NCBI GenBank assembly: GCA_965153355.1
Contig: OZ231126.1
Span: forward strand, 62,001-126,000
Source of the DNA: Flaccisagitta enflata
Lineage: Eukaryota
Reading direction: 5' to 3'
Length of the DNA: 64,000 nt
Numbering within the stretch: the first letter of the stretch is position 1; each line of letters starts with the position of its first letter. The notes under the pieces are model-generated. The model searched no databases. It was not told the origin of the DNA and saw only the letters and a program-made list of their open reading frames with translations. Both the position numbers and the translations under genes were made by a program. Shown in pieces: positions 14,615-31,528 of this stretch.

Positions 14615-17600
14615 TATTCACTGTTAAGATAAAAAAGCTATTACACATCATAAGATAAACACATATTAAGTGTCTGAGGAATGATAATGAGCTACAACCT
14701 TCACTAACACCAACTACAAGGATTTGAGGGAAATGGTAAGGAGAAACCAGCCACTGGGGTGTTTCAAATTAAGGCTATGTTCTCTAACTTGGAGACTCCA
14801 AGTAGGTGGCTTGAAAAATTGTAGTAAGAGGCCACCCAGGTGCCCCTTTAAGTATCTGGTTCTCCCTATAGTTAGCAAAAACAGCAAAAATTAACAAAAA
14901 TTCCTGTAAACTTAAGAAAACGGTTGATTTATGTGTTTTAACCAAATTTTCAACTTTGCTTGTTCATTTGTAATGTATACATGCTCATTAAACTAAAAAG
15001 TTGTCAAGCGATGCCATAGAGAGTGCCTAAAAACCTAGGGATAGCAAAGAAACAAAACAAAAAATAACCTGATTCATGCATTGTTTAGAACTAATGAAAA
15101 TTGTTCTATTTTTCTATTTTCTTTTCTAAGACAGATTCATTTGAAGTACAGTTGAACCCAACAATTACAGATGTCAAGGGACCTACAAATTTTATCTGTT
15201 GTAGGCAGATTTTTGTTACTGCCAATATAAAAAATAAGAAACAAAAGAAATGAAGGGACTGAGATTATTCATCCTTCATAGGCGGACTTCCATTTCTCTT
15301 GTGGGGTGTAACTAAATAGCTTCAGTAAAATGTAAGAGATTAGGGATCACAAAAGATTTGGCATTGAATACTAAATTTGCTTAAAAACAAGCATGAGTTA
15401 TCCTTAATAAGCAAAAAATGACAATTAGCCAGCAAAATTCACAAAACTTTTTTTCAGTCCCGTGCATGCGACTCTACAACCCACTTTGTCGGTCTGTCGG
15501 TCCGTCCGTCCGTCGCTCTGTTGCTCCGTCGCTCCGTCACACTTTACTTTTTTAATCTACTCTAAGTAGAGACCGGACACGTGTAACTGTTCAAAACGCT
15601 GTGATCTATCGTTGAAAAATGTCTAATTTGTGCGTGAAAATAAGTTTGATACATGTAAGATAAATGTTGAAAACATGGTTAAAAGCTTTATATATGCTCA
15701 CATGGGCAGATATACGTCAAAACACACCTGAGACAATCAAGCAACATTGAAAAAAACGAGAAAAAACAAGAAACGGAATTCTGAGAAAATGCTGAAAAAA
15801 CTATCAACTTTGAATGAATAGAAGGGTCTCAAAATTCTTCCATACGCGCGATTCACACATTTGTGATAGAGTAGACTTCATACTGTTGAAAACTGTTTTC
15901 AAAAAATATTTTCTCCAATGCGCACTCCTTCTCCCGATCGCATCTTTCCACGGCATATTTAAATGAAAACTACTGAGCATGACAACTTTGGTTGAAGGAA
16001 GAAAGCAGAAATGAACGATTATTTTAACTCAAATTCCGCTTAGTTATTATTGTCTGGTTTGTATAAAGATTGTTTCCGGTCAATGTTTCATTGAAGATAT
16101 ACTTTTAAAAATACCTTATCAGGCTTATTTCATCAATATTATCCGAAAAAGTGAGATAGAATTTTTAGGTATCCCCTTGCTACTCTAAGTTATTTCTAGT
16201 CATTCTAAGTCATTTTAAGTCGTTCTAAGTTATTTTATGTCACTTAAGTCAAATAGGTCAAAGTAGTCATTTCAGTCATTATAGGTCTTTTTAACTCATT
16301 TAAAGTTGTCTTGAGTCATTTTAAGTCATCTTGAGTCAATAAAAGTCATCTTAAGTTATTTATGTCTCGCATGCGACTTATAGGTGTTGGCCTTGTTTCT
16401 TTTGAATCCAAACTTTCTTTGAAGTTTACTTAGTTTTAATGTTCAGATGTGATACTGAAGGAGGCCACTCCAACCAAAAGGGGACATCTAACCCCCTTAC
16501 ACACCTCAACCCTGACCCCTAACACAACCATATACAGAAAAATACTTAAAACTTTTGTTTTTTACTTTTCAACTTGGTTATCAGGGATGGATTAGGGACA
16601 GACCAATGGACGAACCAACAGACAGAATGACGGACAAAGACTTATAGAATAACATGTCTGCAACTAGAATAAGAAAAATTTCATGCATCTTCAAAAAGGC
16701 TGGATACACGGCTACCCCAGTCATGAATGAAAATAGCGAAAAAAGTAAAATGTGCAAGACCCACTCAGACAAGCAAAATGGGGTGTAGAGTTGCATTGCA
16801 AGCGACTGAAAATGAAAAGAATTGATAACATTTTTTGTATAAACAATTAGTTATTTAAAGATTTAACCCCAGTGAAGAGCAACCAACTGAAAACTGCAAA
16901 AAAAATCTATCCCATGTACAAAATTAGCATGAAAGTACACCATAGTTAGCTAACCATACAGCTTTGAAGTAAGAAGCATATTTTGTTAATTTTGGTCAAT
17001 TTTTAGCCAATTAAAGCCTCAAGCTGATTTAGTTTTCAATGTCATCCATTTTTGTGGTTTCTTGTTTCTTGTACTTCATTGAGGATACACTTTTAGTTGT
17101 AAACACACAACTCTATAAGAGGCTTTGTCTGTTCATTGGTTCATCAGTCCCTTGGTCCATGGTGATCAAGTTGAAAAGAGGAAAAACAAGCATTATAAAT
17201 ACTTTTTACGTATGTTTGTGTGCGGGGATGGGGACTTTTGGTGTTGATAGGGGTTGGATGCCCCTACCCATCAGTTCGCATAAATATTGTGATCCCGTGT
17301 CGCTTGTTAGATAAATTGATGTTGGGATAAACAAAGCCGGATACACAGTTTCATTAGTTGCTTGCGGGTGGGCAGGGGCAGTGATTGAGAGGGTCACTGG
17401 AATATTTGACCAACCAACCAACCAACTGACCAACCAACCGACTGTTTACCGACCAAAGGATGGACAAAGGGGGGTGTAGTCCCAACTAGAAAATACATTA
17501 TTTGAAATATTTTTTTTAAATTTCATGAGATGGGTCTTTTTTTAAGCCATTTGAATTCTTTTTCAAGTCCTGTTTGGCCCCCTTCAGCATGCACTGGCCA

Positions 17601-18004
17601 TTTTACAGCCTAGCCCCCATTTAATCACTACTGTTGAGTGAATCAGAACAAAAGATTTAGTTTACTCATTCAAACAAACAATTTTTATAAATTGAAGTAT
17701 TTTTTTTATTCTTTGCTATTTTTGCCATCTATATTGGGACCAAGGTACCCTTTGAGGCACCTAAGGGACCATCTATGATACCAATGGGGTTAACCCACTC
17801 ATACCCCTTCTATAACTGTTCAATTAACCTACTCAGAGACAATAACATTGATTTGAAACATCTTAATAGCTAGTTTCTCATTAACCCTTTGTACAATCCT
17901 AGTAGTTGGTGTTAGTGAAGGTTATAGCGCATTCTCAGTCCAAAGACAATTTATATGGGTCTATCTCATAATGTGTGATGGCTTTTTCATCTTAACAGTG
18001 AATA
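14615..18004. mobile_element. Diverged long-TIR DNA element with nested insertions
   Basis: TATTCACTGTTAAGAT...CCTTCACTAACACCAACTAC pairs with GTAGTTGGTGTTAGTGAAGG...ATCTTAACAGTGAATA; similarity continues for a few hundred bp. Confidence 0.65.
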
Positions 18005-20573
18005 TTAAGACACTTGAGTGTAAGTGGGACAACGTAGTGTACACTGTACATACGTGTATGACAAAAATTTAGCTATAGAACCCCTGTACATTGTCGCAAT
18101 CACCCACCCCCATTTCCTGTAATACCTCAGCGGCAAAATGCCTCCCTGTTCATTTTCTATGGGAAACATAGTCAGTGGACATAACACTTTACTCTTTAGG
18201 TATATATATCATACTGTTGACTTTGGTCCAACATATTGCTCACAAACAAAATATTGTATGCAACAATCAGTTGCTCAAATTACAGCCGGTCGTTACAAAC
18301 AAAATGTTGTACACAACAACCGGTTGTTAGAATTACAGCCGGCTGAAATGTTGCAATTTTGTAACATTACAGCAGGATAAAATTTCAACCTCTATATATA
18401 CCTATAGTGTTTTGTCCACAGACTGAATGAGTATGGTGGCGGCTATAATTCATAGAGTTCCCAGGGCTAAATTTTTGTTGTGGTTCATCGAGATGTACAC
18501 ATGAATTTGAGTCATATCTCCCTGATAGAGAACGTACCTATGACTTTACATGAACTTTTGTTAGGCCACTTTACCTCTCAACCCCCAATCCCCCTCTTCA
18601 CCCCCCCCTCTTTACCCCCCCCCTCTTCCCCCCTTTTACGCCTTCCCGTTTTACCCCCCCCCTCTTCCCCCCCCCCTTTTACGCCTCCCCCGTTTTACCC
18701 CCCTCTTCACCCCCCTGTCCAACTCTTCGGAATTCTTAGTTGGTATTCCGATGGCTCCTTGGAAGTCTTTAGTTTTTCTTCCTTCGCTTTTCTTCCTTTG
18801 GTTGTCTTTGGGGAGAAGGATTAGGAAGCAATGAAAAAACTTCTTTGGGATGTGTTTCCACTGACGACAATTGTGATCTTCCCGTTAATCTGTATGTCTC
18901 TATCTTTGTCTCATTTGCCTTTATTTCTCATGTCTCTTTCTCTATCTCTTTGAGGTGTGTTTCCACTGACGATGAGAATCTCGATTGTTTCCATCAAACG
19001 CGTTTACAGCGTGAACATGTATATTCAGAAATTTGAACCGTCCCACGAGGGAGTGAGCGAAGTGAGTGAGCGAGCCTGTGAATGGAGTGAGCGAATGAAG
19101 CGAGTGTAGCTAGCGAGCATAGTGCTGTGGAGCGAGTGGGTGGAGTGAGCGGTGCGAGCAAACAAATGTAGCGAGCGCGAGCTACGGAGTGGCCCGTTCA
19201 AAACGCGATTGTCATGAGAAGAAGCTAACCCAAGTTCTTTTCTGAGCGAGAAGAAAAGAGTTAAAAACTAAAAGACTAAAAGATGTTGTTGATTTTTCCG
19301 TTTGGACTTTTTGGAAGTCCATCTTCTTCACATAGGTCAGGAACTCATTCCGAATGAGTTCTTGAAAAAGACAAAGTTGATGGAATGGTTCCTGGATATT
19401 TCACACAAAAGCGCATGCAAGCAAGCACGCACGCAAGCAAGCGAACAAGAACGTATTCACCCAAGCACGCAACTTAGCAAGCACGCATGCACGTAAGCAC
19501 GCAAGCATGCAAGCACGCGTGCACGCAAGAATGCAAGCACGCGTGCACGCAAGCACGCATGTAAATCAGGTTGAGTCATATACTTTAAGAACCTATCTTA
19601 TTCTACCAACTGCCATCAGCTAGCATTGTCATGAAATTTTTCAGCTAACAAGTTCCACAGTAAATTACACACACATCAGCGCCAGGCCGGATACACGGCC
19701 AATAAGTAGTCGCTCGCGGATGGGCAGGGGCGGTAATGCGGGTGGGCAGGGGATGTACGGGACAAGCCAAGGACTGGAATGTGGCTGGCAGGGGCCGTAA
19801 TGCTCAGAAATCACCTTTTCAGTCGGTTCCGCGTCCTCCAAATTTTCGCAACAAAAAATATATCATCTAAATTTGTCAAACATCAAGATAAATGTATCAA
19901 AATAGACAAAATCCAAACGAGTTAGAATCATCTGGCAGCAAAGATTCACATTTCTTTTTGGTTTTTCTTCTTTTTTTTTCTTCGATTTTGAACCTTCTTT
20001 CCTTGGAAAAAAAAATGAAGGATTACATTTGGTTACAAAGACTCCCTCAGTTAGAAACAATATTGACCAGATTCATTTTTTTTTCTTGTAGAGGTGAAGG
20101 AGATGCTAAGTGTTAACTTTTTCAAGTTAGATTATTTCTTTTTAGACGCATGCTACGCGACTCTACATCCCGCTTTGTTGGTTGGTTGGTCGGTCGGTGG
20201 TCCCCTTCTTACTTTTTTGGCGTTTTAAGCTGTTGGGGCTCACAGCTCCTTCCCAAATGCCATTATAAGTCATTCTAAGTCATTCTAAGCCATTCTAAGT
20301 CATTCTAAGTCATATTAAGTCACTTTTGTCAATCAGATCAATTTAGTCATTTAAGTCATTTAGTGTCTTTTTCTGTCATCTTAAGTCATTTCAAGTCAAC
20401 TTGAGTCAATAAAAGTAAATCTAAGTCATCTTAAGTTATTTATGCCCTGCACGCGACATATAGGTGTTAGCCTTGTTTTACCAACGGGTGAAATAATCGA
20501 AGCATTTTTTTTTCAAGAGAGCTTGACCAGTGCTGGGAAGAGACGTCCGAGACACGAAGAGTTAGATGTGGTA

Positions 20574-20752
20574 CAGTAGAGCACCGCTAATGCGCACCCG
20601 CTTGTAAGGCATGCACGCTTATAAGGCACTGATTATGGTTTTCCCATTAGAAATTTTGTAGTTATTTCCATATTGGCAATAAGGCAGGCAGCTTCACTAT
20701 AAGGCATGAATTTGTTCAATCCCTTGAAATGCCTTCAAGTGAAGTCCAACTG
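20574..20752. mobile_element. Degenerate pogo/Tigger-like MITE
   Basis: TA-CAGTAGAGC ... GTCCAACTG-TA. Confidence 0.55.
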
Positions 20753-21072
20753 TATCTACTCCGCATTCTAAAATCATCAGAGCGAATGTATGTATGTGTG
20801 TATGTATGTATGTATGTATGTATGTATGTATGTATGTATGTATGTATGTATGTATGTATGTATGTATGTATGTATGTATGTATGTATATATGTATGTATG
20901 TATGTATGTATGTACCCAGATACGAGTCCTGAAGTTGTCCCAAAGTTTTTTTTCGAGGTTGTCCAAGAGATACCAGGTCAACTTGTTGTCCAAGAGATAC
21001 AAGGTCAACTTGTTGTCCTTAAGTTGCACCCAGAAAATACAACATGTATTGTTCAGACAAATACAAGAGAGA

Positions 21073-21159
<87 letters not shown>

Positions 21160-21400
21160 GAGAGCAAATAATGACATGACGTCAAAGTAAATTGAAAAGG
21201 ACAGTTTTGAGCCTTGTACAAACTAGAAAACGTTCTAAGTCGTGTGCAAACTAGTCATAGCCGTAACCAATTTCCAGATTCGTCATACGGGAGCAATTTT
21301 TACAAAGTGAGGGTGCGTCGAGACGGATGTCGAGTTGTGTGTAGGCGGACGAGGAAATGGGGGGGGGGGGGGTGGGGGGCGGGGGATGGTCTCGGGGTTG

Positions 21401-21819
21401 TTAGTCGCGTGCTACGCGACTCTACACCCGCTATGTCGTTCGGTCGGTCGTTCGGTCGTTCGGTAGTTCGGTCGGTCGGTCGGTCGGTCGGTCGGTCGGT
21501 CGGTCGGTCGGTCGGTCGGTTGGTCGGTCGGTCGGTCGGTCGGTCGGTCGGTCGGTCGGTCGGTCGGTCGGTCGGTCGGTCGGTCGGTCGGTCGGTCGGT
21601 CGGTCGGTCGGTCGGTCGGTCGGTCGGTCGGTCGGTCGGTCGGTCGGTCGGTCGGTCGGTCGGTCGGTCGGTCGGTCGGTCGGTCGGTCGGTCGGTCGGT
21701 CGGTCGGTCCCCTTTCTACTCTGAGCCTACTGCTCCGGCCCAAATGGTCTAGTGACCTTCTCCAGCACAGCTCCTGTCCACCCGCACGCGACTGGGGAAG
21801 CCGTGTATCAGGCCTTGTT
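21401..21819 (+). mobile_element. DINE-1/Helentron-associated (HINE)-like element, family A; related copies near 1917-2122(-), 17330-17490(-), 20143-20260, 25325-25486(-), 25918-26062, 37331-37490
   Basis: 5' hairpin GTCGCGTGCTACGCGAC, internal (GTCG)n, 3' ACGCGACT repeat then stem-loop GCCGTGTATC(C/A)GGC, T-rich flanks. Confidence 0.7.
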
Positions 21820-22342
21820 TTTTATACAGATAACTTTGCATCGTTGATAAGTGCATCAATGTCTTCGTTCTTCGCCCCCGTTACCCCCCTCCCCTCACCC
21901 TCCACACCTCCCTAATCTCTCTTCCCATTTCCCGCTCTCTTTCCTGCCCCCCCCCCTCTTCCTTCCCTTCCAACTCTTCCCCCCTCTTCCCCCCCCCCCC
22001 CCCCGTCTTTCCCCCTTCGTCATTCCCTCTACCAGTTCCGGGCCATTTTTTGCCCAAAGTGGATCGATCGATGTCTTGCACACTCTTACGCACGCGATCC
22101 ACTCAATCTACACCGATTCCGGTTCCTCCTCTTCCTCATCCTCCTCTTCCTCCTCTTCTTCCTCCTCTTCTTCCTCCTCTTCTTCCTCCTCTTCCTACCT
22201 AATCAACGCCCTTGTTCTTCCTGCCAAGAACAATGGACGCACAGTAGGTCACTGAAAGGATGTTGATGATGATGATGATGATGAGTTGAAGCCATACAAG
22301 CCATACTGGCTATTTGTGTGTGTGTGTGTGTGTGTGTGCGTG

Positions 22343-22494
<152 letters not shown>

Positions 22495-23094
22495 TGCGCT
22501 AGTGTGCCCTCCAACCGATCCTTCCGCGACTTTAAAGATTGTCCTAATTTCTTCTCCTTTGTTTGTACTTGTGTGTCCGACTATTGATTTTTTTTTTTCG
22601 GAAAGGGACAAAAAAGAGATATATTTGGGATGATATGACATTGTTTTTGAATCCTCATCATTGACATATTGAAATTTTACTGTATATTCAGGTCCAATCC
22701 CTGAGGAAGGCAGGAAACGGTCGAAATATAGGGTGAATAAATTCAAGCGTTTTTTTTTCAGGTGTACAGTTTACATGAGGTTGGATTGGCCTGTCTTTCG
22801 CCGTCAGTTCATCCGTCCGTCCATGCATTCGTCCGTCAGTTCATGCATGCGTCTGTCCGTGCATGCGTCCTTCCGATCATCCGTCAGTCTGTCGCGATCT
22901 AATACAAAGAACTAATGCGAACACTTGTTGACCTTTGGCTTGAAGAAGCAGGGGCGGGGGGGGGGGGATGGGGGTAAGGTAAGCTACGTAGGGAGTATGA
23001 AGTTCGTGTTTGCTTCGTTACTGTCCACCCCAATGCAGCAGGTGTTCTAGAGATGATTTCGTCGCAAGACCTTACTTCATGGTCGAACAGTTCC

Positions 23095-23253
<159 letters not shown>

Positions 23254-23271
23254 AAAGAGAGAAAGAGAGAG

Positions 23272-23372
<101 letters not shown>

Positions 23373-23684
23373 AGTGTAAGAAGAGATAGAGAGTGACGGG
23401 GACAGAGTGTTCCGGGCTGTAAGAGGGAAAAAAAATAACGACAAGCCATTTTTGGGACACGAAATTGCTAAAAGAAAAAAAAAAAGGAAAAAAAAGGAAA
23501 AAAAAAAAGGAAAGTAAAAGAAACCTTTTTCTCAATGGTTGAAAATTTTCGATGGTTTTTTTTTTGGGGTCTTTTTTCAAATTCGCATCCTTTCAGCTTT
23601 TTCAGCGAAATTTCTCTCTTTTGGCCTCAGATTTCAAACCAAATTTTGTCTCCTCGCCGAAGTCAAATAGATTTTTTGGATACT

Positions 23685-24145
23685 TACCCTCGGCTTACTC
23701 ATTTGTGTCAATTCACTTACCCCTGTGCTTACTCATTTGTGTCATTTCACTCACCCTGTGCTTACTCATTTGTGTCATTTCACTTGCCTTTGTGCTTGCT
23801 CATTTGTGCCATTTCATTTACCCCTGTGCTTACTCATTTATGTCATTTTACTTACCCCTGTGCTTACTAATTTGTGTCATTTCACCTACCCCTGTGCTTA
23901 CTCATCTATGCCCTTTTACTTACCACTTGGCCTTGTGCCATTTCATATACCCTGTTTTTACTTATTGGTGTCATTTCACTTACCCTATTCTTACTCATTT
24001 GAAAATCATTGGTGCTTACTCATTTGTGTCATGTGGCTTTCATTCGGTGCTTACTTATTTAATGCAATTTACTTACCCCTACTCATTTTTGTCATGTAAA
24101 CCTTAGCCTGTGCTGTGCTTAGTCATTTTTGTCCTATCACTCACC
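23685..24145. repeat. ~34-bp minisatellite
   Basis: TACCCCTGTGCTTACTCATTTGTGTCATTTCACT repeats. Confidence 0.85.
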
Positions 24146-24311
24146 CTAAATATGATTTATTTGTGTCATGCAACACTTGTTAGTCTGTCTGTCTGTCTCT
24201 ATCTTTTCCACCTGTCACTGCCTCTCTCTTTCTGTCTGTCTGTCTATCTGTCTGTCTGTCTGTCTGTCAGTTAGTCTGTCAGTCTGTCCGTCTGTCTATT
24301 TGGGGTTTGTA

Positions 24312-24376
<65 letters not shown>

Positions 24377-25740
24377 CTCTCTGTTGCCTTTTTTTCTTCT
24401 TCCTATGCCATAACAGAAAATGTCAACTTATGGAAGAGACACTTAGTTTTGAACTTGGTAAATTCCTTTTTGGGGCAGAAAGCTGTTTCTAACGTTGTTA
24501 CCTATTCCTGGAAAAATATTTGTCCGCTTGAAAAGAAACAAATTGTAACTTACTTTTTTGAAGAGAGGGGAAAAGAGAGGCTGACAGACAGACAGACAGA
24601 AAAAGAGAGGGAAAATGACAGACGCTGAGTAAGAAACTGAGAAAGGAACTTTCTGACTTTCCAAGTTTAACATAAACAGAACGATAGGCAGACATACAGA
24701 ATGACAGGCACATAGACTGATAGACAAACAGGCAGACAAACGGTCGGACAGACAGGAAGACAGACAGACAGACAGACTGACAAACAGTCAGACATTAAGA
24801 ATGACAGACTATTGCAGAATCACACGTCAATCGGATGATTTCCACAGTAAGTTACAAATGCCTCCCATGATTATCATGTCCCAAAGACAAATACACCAGA
24901 TTATCAAAAATACAATAATTATAGGGAAGTAAACGAAAAAAAAAATTTTCTCCTTACCCGTCATGACCGGTATGAGTCGATCCAGTATTGCAAGGGCTTT
25001 CATTTGATACCTCGTGATATATGTTTTTTTGTATCTTATGCCATTATGATCAATAAATCCTAATTTCTCCCTATCTGGCGTTTCTGTCAACTTTTTCTCT
25101 TGTACCATCTCTCTTTTATTGAGCTAGTAAATAAATCGAAATTGCTCTGAAAGACAAGAAAGTCAATATCTTATATGGTGGAAAGGTAAAAATTCAAATT
25201 TTTCACTTTTAAAATGAATTATGAGGCAAAAATACGGCACTAAAAACTAATGCAGAAACAAAGATTGGGAAAAGACCCAATCACAAAAAAGAAAACAAAA
25301 GAATATGGTTATTACAGCACCGATGCTGATACATGGCTAGCCCAGTCGAGTGCGGGTGGGCCAGGGCCATATTTGAGGTCAAAAAATGGAATTCATTAAA
25401 AAGGTAAAATGTGACCGGTAGACAGACAGACCGACTGACGGATGAACGGACAAAGCAGGGTGTAGAGTCGCGTATCACGCGACTAAAAAGAAATATGCAT
25501 CTTGAGCGCATCGAGCAAGTTGGTTCTCTCTTTGGTTCTGTCTTGCTTTCTATCTTGCTTTTTATCTATCTTGCTTTCTATCTATCTTGCTTTCTATCTT
25601 TATTGCTTTCTATCTATCTTGCTTTCTATCTTTCTTGCTTTCTATCTATCTTGCCTTCTTTCTGTTTTGCTTTCTTTTTATTTGGCTTCCTTCTTATCTT
25701 GCTCTCTTTCTATCTTGCTTTCTTTTTATCCATCTCTCTG

Positions 25741-25779
<39 letters not shown>

Positions 25780-25858
25780 AGCTTGCTTGCTTGCTCGCTA
25801 TTTTTGTTTCTGTCTTGCTTTCTATCTTTCTTGCTTGCTTGCTTGCTTGCTTGCTTGC

Positions 25859-25903
<45 letters not shown>

Positions 25904-26684
25904 CGCTCGCTCGCTTGTTAGTTGCGGACACGCAACTCTATAAGAGGCTTTGTCCGTCCGTCCGTCGGTCGGTTGGTCACGCTCGAGTTGAAAAGTGGGA
26001 AAACGCGTATTTCCCCCCCTGCCCACCCGTCCGCAACTGATGGCCGTTTATACGGCCTTGTTTTCTTTCTATCTTTCTTTTCCTTCCTGTCGCACTTTCT
26101 TTTTACCTTACTTCCTCTCTCTTTGATTCCCCATTGCTTTCCTGCCGCATCTGCCGTACCCTACTTAGCCGCGTAGCATTGCTGCTCTGCTACCATGAGT
26201 CTGCTTCTGTCCGTTGTCCACAGGCCACCTTTGTTTTCAATGCGCATGTAGAGGCTTTCCTGGCCTTATATTTCAATGTTATATGCTGTTTCTCTTTGCG
26301 ATGGCGCGTTACGGCGTGATCGCATATAAAAAATGAAAAGAGATATGAAATCAGCACATCTTAAGGATACTGCAGGCAGTCGACGTCAACTCACGGCGGC
26401 GAAGTTTGGACGCAGTAACCTTTTATTTGAAGCTTTATCATATCTTAAGTTTTTTACACTTTTGAAAATAAAAAAAAGATTACCTGGGGACTATTTAGGT
26501 AAAAACAGATGACCTGGCGCTATGCTCGGATTATATTTGACCAAGTATTACTTTTGGGACATCCTGGAATGCAGGTTCAAATTTCTGATATTGCGTTGTT
26601 GCTCGTTTCTCTCGTAACGCGAGCCATGGTTCCTTCCCTAAATAATTCAAGGACAAATGCATCAGTTGAATAGTTCCAAAGATA

Positions 26685-27110
26685 ATTGAATCAGATCATT
26701 GCCATGTCCCAGAAACAAATGAATCAGATGATTACAATGTCCCAGAGACATATACACCAGATGATTTTGAATATAACGATTTAAAGACAAATACATCAGT
26801 TAAATATCATGTTCAAAAGATTAATCATTCAGATGATTACCATGTCCTAGGCTAGAGACAAATGAATCACATAATTACCTTGTCAAAGAGACAAATCAAT
26901 CAGATGATTACCATGTCCCAGAGACAAATGGATCAGATGATTAACTTGTCCCAAAGACAAATGAATCAGATAATTACCTTGTCTCAGGAACAAATCAATC
27001 AGATGATTACCATGTCCCCGAGACAAATCAATCAGATGATTACCATGTCCCTGAGACAAATCAATCAGATGATTACCATATCCCACAGACGAGTGAAACA
27101 GATGCTTGTC
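26685..27110. repeat. 33-bp minisatellite
   Basis: CAGATGATTACCATGTCCCAGAGACAAATCAAT repeats. Confidence 0.85.
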
Positions 27111-27139
27111 TGATCCACAGAATTTCATGTGTCTCATCC

Positions 27140-27628
27140 TTTTTGGGCAGCGGCCCCAAAGGGCCGATGTCCTGTAGGACACAGGGGTGAATTTCCAGAC
27201 GTCCGTACGTCCGTCCGTCCGTCCGTCCGTCCATCCGTACGTCCCCCCCCCGAGGCTACTCAGACCCCTCTTGGACCTCAAATAAGCCCTCTCAGGCCCC
27301 AAATCAGCCCTCTCACACCTCAAATTAGCCCTCTCAGGCCCCTGATCAGCCCTCTCAGATCAAAAATTAACCCTTTCAAATCAGAAATCATCCCTCTGAG
27401 GTCCAAAATGAGCTCTCAGGCCCAAAATCAGCCCCTTTAACCCCCTGCTCCAAGGAATCAAATGCCTTCAAATGTGGCCCCTCAGGACGTCTGGAAATTC
27501 ACCCCTTTGTCCTACAGGACATCGGCCCTTTGGGGCCGCTGCCCTGCTCTCACCTCACTCTTTCAGCTGATCACTCCAAGCAGGGCATCGGGTACCGCTG
27601 ACCATGTGCGATCCTTGGATGACTAGTT
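27140..27628. mobile_element. HINE-like element, family B; an interrupted copy lies at 10079-11819
   Basis: Inverted GGGCAGCGGCCCCAAAGGGCCGATGTCCTGTAG arms, internal (GTCC)n and 21-bp repeats, one-sided tail ending GATGACTAGTT. Confidence 0.65.
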
Positions 27629-27736
27629 TAACTCGTTTTAAAATCCTTTAAAAAAAAGGAAAAAAAAGTCTTTTCTCTAAGATGACACAAGTTGTGGCTT
27701 TAAGATGCCTTTTTTTCCCAGCATTTAGCCGAGAAA

Positions 27737-29500
<1,764 letters not shown>

Positions 29501-29957
29501 CAATGACACAAGTTTTCATCGTTAAGCGGCCTTTTCGGCCCTGACCTCACTTGGCCTGTTACATCTCCATTTCCCCTTCACCATCATTAGAGTGTTTCTT
29601 AACGCAAAAAAATATTCCTAGATATTTGTTGATAATCAAAAAGAATAAAATAAACAATATTGAATAGAAAATGAAAATTTATATATTTTCAGATAAAGAA
29701 ACTCCAATTCCTGATTCCTGTTAGTTGACTGCTAATTAGAAAGGGCTTTTACCAGTAAATACTATCAAAAATTGATTGTTTTGATTAACCAATGAAAAAA
29801 TAAACTTGTCAACCAAAAAAATATTAAACTAATTAAAGTACAACATTTTGTTTGTGATATTCTATGACAATGTAAATCAAAATGTTGTGTATCAATTCTG
29901 GCAATGCGATAATTTCATATTATAGGATTTCATATTAAATGGTCCAGGATCTAAGAA

Positions 29958-31377
29958 AAAGAACTCGGCGAATCTGGAAGAAGCTGTGAAAATTTGCATA
30001 TGGGGTCAGTTTTTTGTGCTGAACAAGACTGGACGGGGTACACGTCTGATTTTTTAATGTACCCCGTTAAAAAACGCGTTTTTTCACCGAAAAACACTTT
30101 GAAGTGAAGCTGACGCCAAACTTATTGACCAATGACAACAAAATTTTAAGTGAAGAAAAATATGTTTTTTTTTCTACATGTATGCAAAATTTCAGCAAAA
30201 GCGGTTAAGTAGAAGCGGAGCTATGGCAGTTTAAAGTCTAGGTCTATTTTCAAAAAAAAGGCTATGTTTCAATTTTGGGGTAAATCTTTGTTTTTTTGAG
30301 CTGAAAGTCTGAAACTGTTTTTAGACTTTCATTTTAGTCTAATACATGCAAAAAACAAAATAAATTGAAAAGATCTGGCGTTTTTTTCATTTTTTGACCT
30401 AAAAACTAAAAAATTGAGTTTTAAAATTTAGGTTGGATTTTCAAAAAAGGCTTGTTCAAGATAGATATTGAAATCAAGGGCGCCCACTTAAGGAATCTAT
30501 TGTCATGAAGTGTACCAACTTATTCCCAAACTTTTAGAGGGGTACGCCAACCTAAAAAGACAAAAAATCATTTCAAAGTTTAAAAAAAAAAAATCCTAAA
30601 ATTTTGCATTTTTGGACCCCCTTGGACATTTGAAAAAATTCAATGTTTGATAAGGAGGCTGAAATTTTGCGTATTTATTCCCCTCACATATTGGGAGTTG
30701 CATGCAAAATTTTAGGCAAATTGGATGCGGCGTTTGGCCGTAGCATTATCAAATGTCCCAAGGAGTCTAAAAATGCATAATTTTGGGTCTTTTTTTTCTT
30801 GAACTTTGAAATGATTTTTTGTCTTTTTAGGTTGGCGTACCCCTCTGAAAGTTTGGGAATAAGTTGGTCCACTTCATGACAATAGATTCCTCAAGTAGGC
30901 GCCCTTGATTTCAATATTTTCCTTGAACAAGCCTTTTTTGAAGATCCAGCATAGATTTTGAGACTAAATTTTATGTTTTTTAGGCTAAAAAATGAAAAAA
31001 ACATCAGATTTTTTCAATTTTTTTTATTTTATGTATGTGTTAGGGTAAAATGAAAGTCCAAAAACAGTTTCAGACTTTTAGTTCAAAAAAACAAAATTTT
31101 ACTCCAAAATTGAAACAAAGCCCTTTTTTTGAAAATAGACCTAGACTTTAAACCGCCATAGCTCTGCTTTTACTGAACCGATTGTGCTGAAATTTTGCAT
31201 GCAAATAAAAAAAAAAGAAATATTTTTCTTTACCTAAAACTTTAAAGACGGAAAAACGCGTTTTTTAATGGGGTACACTAAAAAATCAGACGTGTACCCC
31301 GTCCAATCTTGTTCAGCACGAAAAACTGACCTTGTATGCAAATTTTCACGCCTTTTCCCAGATTTGCCGAGTTCTTT
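29958..31377. mobile_element. Foldback-type element / ~1.4-kb imperfect palindrome
   Basis: Left arm AAAGAACTCGGCGAATCTGG... to ~30630 is the reverse complement of ~30750 to ...CCAGATTTGCCGAGTTCTTT; no ORF. Confidence 0.85.
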
Positions 31378-31528
31378 CTTTTTCTTCCTTTTAGAGACTG
31401 GACTATAAAGGAGAAATTGATTGACAATTTCATCGCCTATCAATATCTCTTTCACTGGAAAAAATTACAATAAAATCCCAGGCTGATGAATCTTAAAGGA
31501 AAATCAAAAACAAAAGCCCTTAAAGCTA

